From contig NZ_LT606950.1 in assembly GCF_900095195.1 (NCBI RefSeq), positions 90,001 to 122,000 of the forward strand: 32,000 bases of DNA, written 5' to 3'. The position numbers were made by a program, and so were the translations under genes. Of this stretch, positions 12,054 to 20,212 are shown one piece after another. The notes beneath the pieces were generated by a model that was not told the DNA's origin, did not search any database, and worked only from the letters and a program-made list of their open reading frames with translations. Position 1 is the first letter of the stretch. Every line of letters starts with the position of its first letter. Source of the DNA: Polynucleobacter necessarius. Lineage in GTDB: Bacteria; Pseudomonadota; Gammaproteobacteria; Burkholderiales; Burkholderiaceae.

Positions 12054-13289
12054 ATGGGAATGAGTAAAGACAATCGCGACCTACTAGTCGGCTTAGATAT
12101 TGGAACTTCCAAGGTGGTTGCTTTGGTTGCGGAATTAGCCCCTGATGGTCAATTTAATGTAGTCGGAGTTGGACAAACTGCGTCAAAAGGCTTGAAGAAA
12201 GGCGTTGTTGTCAATATTGAAGCAACAGTGCAGTCGATTCAGAAGGCGCTTGAAGAGGCGGAGATCATGGCGGATCGCCAGATTGTTCAAGTTTTTACTG
12301 GCATTGCGGGTAACCATATTGTGAGTTTTAACTCGAGTGGCATGGTTGCGATTCGAGACAAAGAAGTTAGTGCGGGCGATGTTGAGCGGGTGCTTGAGAC
12401 TGCAAAGGCAATCAATATTCCAACCGATCAGCAGATTTTGCACATCCTTGTTCAAGAATTCATCATCGATGGGCAAGAAGACGTTCGCGAACCAATTGGC
12501 ATGAGTGGTTTGCGACTCGAAGTAAAAGTTCATATTGTTACGGGTGCAGTCAGTGCGGCACAAAATATTGTGAAGTGCGTACGTCGTTGTGGATTAGAAG
12601 TAAACGATCTTATTTTGCAGCCACTAGCCTCTAGCCTCGCGGTACTAACCGAAGATGAAAAAGAGCTTGGGGTGGTATTGGTGGATATTGGTAGCGGGAC
12701 CACGGATATTGCTATCTATTGTCAAGGGTCGATTCGTCATACCGCAGTGATTCCGATAGCCGGTGATCAAATTACGAATGACATTGCAATGGCATTGCGT
12801 ACCCCCACGATTGATGCGGAAGATTTAAAGATCGCTCATGGCATTGCCCGTCAAGAAATGGCAGACCCAGCAGCCATGATTGATGTGCCGGGGGTGGGCG
12901 ATCGTGAGCCACGTCCTATGTCAAAACAAGCCTTAGCAGCGGTGACCGAGCCACGTGTTGAAGAACTCTTCACTTTAGTGAGGGGGGTGGTTCGGGACTC
13001 TGGTTATGAAGACATGGTTTCTTCCGGAATCGTTCTGACTGGTGGTACTTCATTGATGCCGGGAATGGTTGAACTTGCTGAACAAGTGTTTTTGAGACCG
13101 GCTCGCATCGGCACTCCTGAGTATCGTGGCCATTTGCATGAAGTGTTGCGTAGCCCACGGTTTGCAACCAGTATCGGTTTATTAATGGAAGGTCAAGCGC
13201 AGTTATTGCGCGGTCGTCGTGTTTCTCAATCAGGCGCGTTACAAGGCGTGATCTCGCGCATGAAGGAATGGTTTGCAGGAAATTTTTAA
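12054..13289 (+). CDS. ftsA: Cell division protein FtsA (actin-like)
   Basis: 411-aa ORF with the actin-fold phosphate-1 motif VGLDIGTSKV and the later DIGSGTTD. It lies directly upstream of ftsZ. The alternative start at ATG 12060 cannot be excluded. Confidence 0.95.
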   Translation: MGMSKDNRDLLVGLDIGTSKVVALVAELAPDGQFNVVGVGQTASKGLKKGVVVNIEATVQSIQKALEEAEIMADRQIVQVFTGIAGNHIVSFNSSGMVAIRDKEVSAGDVERVLETAKAINIPTDQQILHILVQEFIIDGQEDVREPIGMSGLRLEVKVHIVTGAVSAAQNIVKCVRRCGLEVNDLILQPLASSLAVLTEDEKELGVVLVDIGSGTTDIAIYCQGSIRHTAVIPIAGDQITNDIAMALRTPTIDAEDLKIAHGIARQEMADPAAMIDVPGVGDREPRPMSKQALAAVTEPRVEELFTLVRGVVRDSGYEDMVSSGIVLTGGTSLMPGMVELAEQVFLRPARIGTPEYRGHLHEVLRSPRFATSIGLLMEGQAQLLRGRRVSQSGALQGVISRMKEWFAGNF

Positions 13290-13329
13290 GTTTTTTTCGT
13301 CGTCGTCAACGTAGTATGTTTTTTTACCT

Positions 13330-13335
13330 AGGAGG
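13330..13335 (+). promoter_or_regulatory. Shine-Dalgarno sequence (AGGAGG) of the ancestral ftsZ start
   Basis: A perfect AGGAGG lies 4 nt upstream of ATG 13340. That ATG opens MEFEMLD, the conserved N-terminus of Burkholderiales FtsZ. Confidence 0.7.
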
Positions 13336-13339
13336 GTAT

Positions 13340-14679
13340 ATGGAATTTGAAATGTTAGATTAAGAAACAGCTGGCAAAACCATTATTAAAGTGGTTGGTG
13401 TCGGTGGAGCTGGTGGCAATGCTGTCCAGCACATGATCCGTCGTGGTGTTAATGGCGTAGAGTTCATTTGCATGAACACCGATGCTGGCGCATTACAGCG
13501 CTCTGAGGCATCTGTGAATTTGCAACTGGGCTCTAGCGGATTAGGTGCTGGTGCAAAACCTGAAATCGGTGCAGCTTCTGCGGAAGAAGCGCGAGAACGC
13601 ATTGCGAATGTATTGCAGGGCGCTCATATGGTGTTCATCACCGCTGGCATGGGTGGCGCGGCACAGGAACTGGTGCTGCTCCAATCGTTGCTCAAGTAGC
13701 GATGGATATGGGCATTCTGACGGTTGGTGTGATTAGCAAACCATTTGACTTTGAAGGCGTGAAGCGTTTAAAAGTTGCGGAAAATGGAGCCGCTGAACTT
13801 GAGTCATATGTGGACTCATTGATTGAGGTTCTCAATGAAAAACTATTTGATGTCATGGGTAAGGATGCTGAGTTTGATAAGGCATTTGCGTGTGCCGATG
13901 ATGTATTACACAACGCGGTTTCTGGTATCGCCGAGATCATCAATGTTCAGGGTTTAATCAACGTTGACTTTGAAGACGTGAAGACTGTAATGGGTGAGCA
14001 GGGTAAGGCAATGATGGGTACAGCGACTGTTTCTGGTATGGATCGTGCACGCTTGGCCGCTGAAGCGGCAGTAGCCTCTCCATTGCTTGATGGTGTTGAT
14101 TTATCAGGCGTACGTGGTGTGTTGGTCAATATTACTGCTAGCCGTTCATTGAAGCTTTCAGAAACTCGCGAAGTGATGGCTGCAATCCGTGGCTACGCAG
14201 CGGATGATGCAGCCGTAATCTTCGGTACTGTGTATGACGAGAGCTTGGGTGACGCATTGCGTGTAACGGTAGTTGCTACAGGATTAAATAAGCCACAAGC
14301 TTGCAAAGCAAATCAACCTGAAGTAGTCTGGAGACAAGCTACTGGTACGCATGATGCTATTCCTACCATGGCTGATCTCAATACGTTTGCTTTAGCAAGC
14401 GCATCTGCTGCAATCAGTAAAGTAAGCTTAGATTCAGCATTGAATACTATTTCTGGCATGGCTTTAATGGGTTCAGCAGGCGCACCTGCGGCAGCACAAC
14501 CAGCAAGCAGTGGGGTTGACTACAGTCAGTATGATTTGCCACGCGTGTTTCGTAGCTTTCGTGAAATGGTTGCTGCACCTACATTAGGCGCAGATAGCTC
14601 TCCTCAAGCAAAAACCTTGCTGGATAAAGGGGCCGATTACTATGAAATCCCTGCGTTTTTGCGTAAGCAAGCAGATTAA
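13340..14679 (+). pseudogene. ftsZ: ftsZ, disrupted by an in-frame TAA at codon 8 (13361-13363) and a 2-nt GC insertion (about 13658-13659) inside the GGGTGTG tubulin signature
   Basis: ATG 13340 gives [34 protein letters not shown]... in a single frame. ORF 13391..13699 reads ...[21 protein letters not shown]. Removing GC from GGTGGC[GC]GGCACAGGAACTGGT restores [33 protein letters not shown], which joins ORF 13702..14679. The conserved C-terminal peptide DYYEIPAFLRKQAD is present. Confidence 0.88.
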
Positions 14680-14791
14680 TTGACAGCTCAATACAATAGG
14701 CTATTGCGAAATGCCAGCGCGCCGCCCCTCCGGACGACGAATCCCGCGCTTGCGTTAGCATCCTTACTAACAATTTCCTATTGGAGACATC

Positions 14792-15292
14792 ATGATTGCT
14801 GTTGGACAAAAATTACCAAATGCCACGCTGTATGAATTTATTAACGAAGAGACTGAGGGTTGTTCTTTAGGTCCAAATGCTTTTGAAGTCGAAAAACTAA
14901 CGGCAGGTAAAAAGATTGTGATTTTTGCGCTTCCAGGCGCATTTACACCAACCTGCTCTGCAAAGCATGTTCCAGGCTATGTTGAGCACGGCGATGCCAT
15001 TAAAGCCAAGGGCGTTGATGAAATTTGGTGTATTTCTGTGAATGATCCTTTTGTAATGGGTGCATGGGGACGCGATCAAAAGGTGGGAAACAAGATTCGT
15101 ATGTTTGGTGATGGTGATGGTGAGTTCACCAAAAAAGTGGGTTTAGAGTTGGATTTAACGGCACGCGGTTTGGGTGTTCGCTCAGATCGTTATGCCATGA
15201 TTGTGGAAGATGGCGTCGTTAAAAGCTTAGATCGCGAAGCTCCTGGCAAATTCGAAGTCAGTGATGCCGCTTCTATATTAAAAAAGCTGTAA
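14792..15292 (+). CDS. Peroxiredoxin, Prx5 / AhpC-TSA family
   Basis: 166-aa ORF with the peroxidatic-Cys motif PGAFTPTCS. Its position between ftsZ and lpxC matches other Burkholderiales as I recall them. Confidence 0.88.
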   Translation: MIAVGQKLPNATLYEFINEETEGCSLGPNAFEVEKLTAGKKIVIFALPGAFTPTCSAKHVPGYVEHGDAIKAKGVDEIWCISVNDPFVMGAWGRDQKVGNKIRMFGDGDGEFTKKVGLELDLTARGLGVRSDRYAMIVEDGVVKSLDREAPGKFEVSDAASILKKL

Positions 15293-15330
15293 TTTTTTTT
15301 AAATAAACATTCCTAAATAAAGACTCGCAC

Positions 15331-16245
15331 ATGATGAAGCAACGAACCATTGCCACACCGATGAAAACCGTAGGTATTGGCTTGCACTCAGGACGCAAAG
15401 TCACCATCTCAATCAAGCCTGCCCCAGCCAATTCTGGGGTTCAGTTTGTACGCGTTGACACCCATGAGCAGTCTGTTGTTCCAGCGACTGCTTTGGCGGT
15501 ATGCGATACGCGTTTGGCCTCGGTCATTCAAAAAGATGGCGTGAGAGTGTCGACGGTGGAGCACCTGCTCTCTGCTTGTGCAGGTCTGGGATTGGATAAT
15601 TTGTCGATTGAACTTGATGGTGAAGAGGTTCCCATCATGGATGGGAGTGCCGCCCCATTTTTGTTCTTAATCGAGTCAGCAGGCATTGTTGAACAAGAGT
15701 CGCCACGCCAATTTGTTGTTATCAAAAAACCAGTCGAAGTTCGTGAGGGTGACAAACTTGCCCGTTTAGAGCCATTCTTTGGATTTAAATTGGATTTCAC
15801 AATTGACTTTAAACACCCTGCCGTAGACAAAACTGGCCAGCGTTTTGTGGTCGATTTTGCGGAGCATGCTTATCGAAGTGAGATTGGTCGTGCGCGCACT
15901 TTTGGCTTTGCCCACGAAGTAGAGGCTTTGAGAGAAATGGGTCTTGCTCGAGGCGGTAGTTTAGATAACGCCATTGTGTTGGATGAACATCGAATTTTAA
16001 ATAACGAAGAGTTTCGTTATGAAGATGAGTTTGTGCGTCACAAGATTTTGGATGCGATTGGCGATCTATATTTAGTTGGCCACCCTATTGTGGGTGCGTA
16101 TGTTGCCGAGAAATCAGGTCATGCCCTTAATAACGCATTGCTTCGCAAGTTGCTCGAAGATTCAAACTCGTACGAAATTAGTACGTTCGCAGAAAATAAA
16201 GCGCCCGAAGCGTATTCTCAAGAAAACCAGCCCCTTTTCTTTTAG
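15331..16245 (+). CDS. lpxC: UDP-3-O-acyl-N-acetylglucosamine deacetylase
   Basis: 304-aa ORF with an N-terminal QRTI...GIGLHSG and the [12 protein letters not shown] motif, in the classic post-ftsZ position. Confidence 0.95.
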   Translation: MMKQRTIATPMKTVGIGLHSGRKVTISIKPAPANSGVQFVRVDTHEQSVVPATALAVCDTRLASVIQKDGVRVSTVEHLLSACAGLGLDNLSIELDGEEVPIMDGSAAPFLFLIESAGIVEQESPRQFVVIKKPVEVREGDKLARLEPFFGFKLDFTIDFKHPAVDKTGQRFVVDFAEHAYRSEIGRARTFGFAHEVEALREMGLARGGSLDNAIVLDEHRILNNEEFRYEDEFVRHKILDAIGDLYLVGHPIVGAYVAEKSGHALNNALLRKLLEDSNSYEISTFAENKAPEAYSQENQPLFF

Positions 16246-16260
16246 ATAGAAGTGAGTAAT

Positions 16261-16803
16261 TCACTTTGGCTGATTGCGAAGTAAGCGCTCGATGGTTTTT
16301 CGCAATTCAGAATCTGGTGCAAGTTTTTCTAGCAACTCTTCCCATGATTTTTTAGCAATGGCATTGAGTCCTTTGGGTCTCTGGTGTGCTTCGTTGCTGA
16401 TGCGTGGCCTTACCTCCCAGGATGCACTCGATGGCTTAATCTTGACTTTAACGGTGCTGCAGCTCAGACCTAATTTAGCTAACTCATTGATTAAAGTAGG
16501 TAAATTTTGCTGAAGGCGGTTTGCAGTGCTAGCGCTTTGAACAAGCAAAAACAGATCATTTTGGCCGCTGGAGCGCCAGCCGGCTTCGATTTTCGAGCTG
16601 AGGTGCTCCAGCCCTACTTTTGCCAACGTTAACTTTACGGTGGCTTTGAGTTTGGCAAGATCTTCTGTTTTGGCCAAAATCCCCCCAAGACCATTGGATT
16701 CGCGTAGGTAATCCAGCCATTCATGGGCTACATGCTTGCGAGACGGTTTGGGTGTAAAGTTCATAAAAAATGGGCTTGCGAGTGATAAACTCAAGGTCTT
16801 CAT
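16261..16803 (-). CDS. DUF721-like (DciA-family candidate) protein, divergent from secA
   Basis: 180-aa ORF, or 167 aa if it starts at the ATG whose complement lies at 16764. The assignment rests on size and the conserved position between lpxC and secA. The family match was not verified by HMM. Confidence 0.55.
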   Translation of the reverse strand: MKTLSLSLASPFFMNFTPKPSRKHVAHEWLDYLRESNGLGGILAKTEDLAKLKATVKLTLAKVGLEHLSSKIEAGWRSSGQNDLFLLVQSASTANRLQQNLPTLINELAKLGLSCSTVKVKIKPSSASWEVRPRISNEAHQRPKGLNAIAKKSWEELLEKLAPDSELRKTIERLLRNQPK

Positions 16804-16818
16804 TTTCCTCTATATCCC

Positions 16819-19584
16819 GTGGTAATCGGTCTTCTTAAAACCCTGGTCGGCAGTCGTAACGACCGCCTCTTGAAACAGTATCGCAAAGTGGTCGCCAAGG
16901 TCGGCGCCCTTGAGCCAAGCCTAAAGGCATTGGATGATGCCGCACTTGCAGCGAAAACTGCTGAATTTAAGTCCCGCTTAGCCGCTGGTGAATCTTTAGA
17001 CGATATTGCGCCCGAGGCATTTGCCGTAGTCCGTGAAGCCAGCGTACGCGTTATGAAAATGCGTCACTTTGATGCGCAGCTCATGGGTGGTCTAGCCCTT
17101 CATCAAGGCAAGATTGCTGAAATGGGAACGGGTGAGGGCAAGACCTTAACCGCTACGCTTTCAGTGTATTTAAATGCCTTGACTGGAAAAGGCGTTCACG
17201 TTGTTACCGTTAATGATTATTTGGCGCAACGTGATGCTGAGTGGATGTCAAAGCTATATAACTTTTTAGGCATGAAAGTTGGCGTGAATCTGTCACAGAT
17301 GGATCACAAAACAAAACAAGAGGCATATGCTGCCGATATTACATACGGCACCAATAATGAATTTGGATTTGATTATTTGCGCGATAACATGGTCCAAGAC
17401 TTGGATCAACGCGTTCAACGTGGTTTAGCGTATGCCATCGTCGACGAAGTCGACTCCATTTTGATTGATGAAGCGCGTACCCCCCTGATTATTTCTGGTC
17501 AGGCTGATGATCATACCGATCTCTACATCAAAATTAATCAACTTCCTGCGCATCTGGAGCGTCAAATCGGGGAAGAAAAAGCTGATGGCACAGGTGTTGA
17601 GAAGCCTGGCGATTACTGGGTAGACGAGAAATCTCAGCAGGTATATTTAACTGAGCAAGGTCATGATAAGGCCGAACAAATTTTGGTGCAGATTGGCGCC
17701 TTAAATGAGGGCGATTCGCTTTACTCGCCGCAAACCATTACCCTAATGCATCATGTGTATGCAGCTCTTCGTGCACACACTTTGTACAACCGCGATCAAC
17801 ATTATGTGGTGCAAAACAAAGAAGTCATTATTGTTGATGAGTTCACTGGTCGTTTAATGCAGGGTCGTCGTTGGTCTGATGGTTTGCATCAAGCAGTTGA
17901 GGCCAAGGAAGGAGTGCCGATTCAGAATGAGAATCAGACACTGGCAACCATCACTTTCCAAAATTATTTCCGGATGTACGGAAAATTAGCTGGTATGACA
18001 GGTACCGCGGACACAGAGGCCTACGAATTCAAGGAAATTTACAACCTTGAAACCGTGGTCATATCGCCAAACCGCATCAGCCAGAGAAAAGACAAGCAAG
18101 ATCAAATTTACAAGTCTTCACGTGAGCGTTATGACGCCGTGATCAAGGATATTGAGGATTGCTATCAACATGGTCAACCAGTATTGGTGGGTACAACATC
18201 GATTGAAAACTCCGAATTGATTTCGGGTTTGCTTGATAAGCGCAAATTACCTCACCAAGTGTTGAATGCTAAACAGCATGCTCGTGAAGCGGAAATTATC
18301 GCTCAAGCAGGTCGTCCCAAAATGATCACGATTGCTACCAACATGGCTGGTCGTGGTACTGACATCGTGCTTGGCGGTAATGTCAGTAAGCAATCCTCTC
18401 TGATCGAGGCTGATGAGAGCCTAAACGATTCCGAGAAGGCAGCAAAGATTAAGCAACTTCAAGATGAATGGCAAAGCATTCATGATCAAGTGCTTGCTGC
18501 TGGTGGTTTACATATTATTGGTACTGAGCGTCATGAGAGTCGCCGAATCGATAATCAGCTGAGGGGCCGCTCGGGCCGTCAAGGCGATCCGGGATCTTCA
18601 CGCTTTTACTTATCCCTTGACGATCCATTACTGCGCATCTTTGCTGGCGATCGCTTACGTGCCGTAATGGAACGTTTAAAGATGCCTGACGGCGAGCCTA
18701 TTGAAGCGGGCATGGTGACCCGCTCGATTGAGTCTGCACAACGTAAGGTTGAAGGCCGAAACTTCGATATTCGTAAGCAGTTGCTTGAGTACGATGACGT
18801 TGCCAATGATCAGCGTAAAGAAACGTATCGCCTCAGAAACGAAGTTCTTGAGAGCAAGGATATCGGTGAGTTAATTGCGAATTTGCGTGAAGATGTTTTG
18901 CGTTCGGTTTGTTCGTTCTATGTTCCCCATGAATCCATGGAAGAGCAGTGGGGCTTACCTGGACTAGAAAATGTCTTGGCTAATGAATGGGGTCTGACAG
19001 TTGATTTGCAAAAATGGGTTGAGTCTGCTGCGAGTATTGACGACACTGAAATCGTTGATCGAGTGCTCAATGCTGCAAAAGAGGCATACGATGCTAAGGT
19101 TGAGATGGTCGGGCGCGAGTCCTTTGCGGGCTTTGAGCGCTCCGTTCTTTTATATAGCGTAGATACTCACTGGCGTGAGCATTTGGCCGCCCTTGATCAT
19201 TTACGCCAAGGCATTCACCTTCGTGGCTACGCTCAAAAAGATCCTAAGCAAGAGTACCGTCGCGAAGCCTTTGAGTTGTATGGTGAACTCTTGAATGTCA
19301 TCAAGAATGATGTTGTGAAGAGCATCATGACAGTACAAATTCGGAGCGCAAGCGAATTAGACCAAGCTTCTGAGTCTATGAATGAGGATCTAGCGAAATT
19401 AAAAGATCTTCAATATCAGCATGCTGATGCCGATTTGGAGGTGGCTGGCTCTACTGGTGATCGCGGTGCCGCTTTAGATATTCAGCTTGCACCTGTTCGA
19501 ACGGGTCCAAAGATTGGTCGCAACGACCCTTGTTCATGCGGTAGCGGCAAGAAATATAAAAATTGTTGCGGTGCATTGGCCTAG
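16819..19584 (+). CDS. secA: Preprotein translocase ATPase SecA
   Basis: 921-aa ORF with a GTG start giving [23 protein letters not shown]. It has a Walker [10 protein letters not shown], a DEAD-like [19 protein letters not shown], and a C-terminal zinc motif [14 protein letters not shown]. Confidence 0.97.
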   Translation: MVIGLLKTLVGSRNDRLLKQYRKVVAKVGALEPSLKALDDAALAAKTAEFKSRLAAGESLDDIAPEAFAVVREASVRVMKMRHFDAQLMGGLALHQGKIAEMGTGEGKTLTATLSVYLNALTGKGVHVVTVNDYLAQRDAEWMSKLYNFLGMKVGVNLSQMDHKTKQEAYAADITYGTNNEFGFDYLRDNMVQDLDQRVQRGLAYAIVDEVDSILIDEARTPLIISGQADDHTDLYIKINQLPAHLERQIGEEKADGTGVEKPGDYWVDEKSQQVYLTEQGHDKAEQILVQIGALNEGDSLYSPQTITLMHHVYAALRAHTLYNRDQHYVVQNKEVIIVDEFTGRLMQGRRWSDGLHQAVEAKEGVPIQNENQTLATITFQNYFRMYGKLAGMTGTADTEAYEFKEIYNLETVVISPNRISQRKDKQDQIYKSSRERYDAVIKDIEDCYQHGQPVLVGTTSIENSELISGLLDKRKLPHQVLNAKQHAREAEIIAQAGRPKMITIATNMAGRGTDIVLGGNVSKQSSLIEADESLNDSEKAAKIKQLQDEWQSIHDQVLAAGGLHIIGTERHESRRIDNQLRGRSGRQGDPGSSRFYLSLDDPLLRIFAGDRLRAVMERLKMPDGEPIEAGMVTRSIESAQRKVEGRNFDIRKQLLEYDDVANDQRKETYRLRNEVLESKDIGELIANLREDVLRSVCSFYVPHESMEEQWGLPGLENVLANEWGLTVDLQKWVESAASIDDTEIVDRVLNAAKEAYDAKVEMVGRESFAGFERSVLLYSVDTHWREHLAALDHLRQGIHLRGYAQKDPKQEYRREAFELYGELLNVIKNDVVKSIMTVQIRSASELDQASESMNEDLAKLKDLQYQHADADLEVAGSTGDRGAALDIQLAPVRTGPKIGRNDPCSCGSGKKYKNCCGALA

Positions 19585-19744
19585 CAATCAAATTCTTAAT
19601 CAGTTTATGTGTATGGCTCAGATTTATCTGCCATTTTTCTTGGTGGAATCTCTAGTCAGTTTTATGCACTGAAAATAGCTAGATCTGTCATGATTTGAAG
19701 ATATAAAAGTACTTCCTATTTATTCATGCTGCTAAGGGGATGTT

Positions 19745-20202
19745 ATGGCCGTAACGTTTACGCTTAACGGTAAGACCGTTAATTTGATGGTGATGCAGAA
19801 ACGCCAATTCTTTGGGTCTTACGAGATCATTTAGATATCACTAGTCCGAAGTATGGTTGCGGTGCGGCGCTTTGTGGTGCCTGTACTGTTCATCTAGATG
19901 GAGCAGCCATTCGTTCGTGCTCGACCCCAGTATCTGCGGCTGCTGGTAAAAAAGTGACTACCTTGGAGGGTTTGCCTGCTAAGGTCTGGAAAGCATTGCA
20001 AGATGCCTGGACTGAATTTGATGTGCCTCAGTGCGGTTACTGCCAAACTGGCCAGATGGTGTCCGCCGCAGATCTTTTAGCTAAAAACAAGAAGCCGAAT
20101 AGCCATGATATTAAGAATGCCATGAGTGGCAATATTTGTCGTTGCGGAGCCTATTCCCGGATTGAAAAGGCAGTTAAACGTGCTGCTGATAAATTGGCCT
20201 AA
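19745..20202 (+). pseudogene. (2Fe-2S)-binding small subunit of an IorA/aldehyde-oxidoreductase-type molybdoenzyme, with a 1-nt deletion frameshift at about 19786
   Basis: ATG 19745 gives MAVTFTLNGKTVNL, then runs into a stop. Shifting by -1 at TTG|GAT gives DGDAETPILWVLRDHLDITSPKYGCGAALCGACTVHLDG..., continuous with ORF 19954..20202 (QCGYCQTGQ, CRCGAY cluster motifs). An AAGGGGA ribosome-binding site lies upstream. Confidence 0.85.
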
Positions 20203-20212
20203 GGGGATAAAT

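Noticed and set aside
13640-13702. Programmed ribosomal frameshifting or transcriptional slippage as a way to make full-length FtsZ
   Set aside because: The site (GGT GGC GCG GCA CAG) has no slippery heptamer or homopolymer. The required shift is -2/+1. An independent TAA already interrupts codon 8, so recoding would have to occur twice by different mechanisms.
16249-16266. Short hairpins at convergent gene ends: AAGTGA-GTAAT-TCACTT at 16250-16266 and CGCCCT-TCTG-AGGGCG at 30272-30287
   Set aside because: Each has only a 6-bp stem and no following U-tract on either strand, and the second lies inside the last codons of the squalene-synthase gene. Both are too weak to call as terminators.
19600-19666. 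An imperfect direct repeat, TCAGTTTATG / TCAGTTTTATG, in the secA-iorA spacer considered as a possible insertion-site duplication for the iorAB pair
   Set aside because: It is only 10-11 nt, AT-rich and imperfect. Both copies are on the same side of the operon, and no counterpart occurs downstream of iorB (22327-22418).
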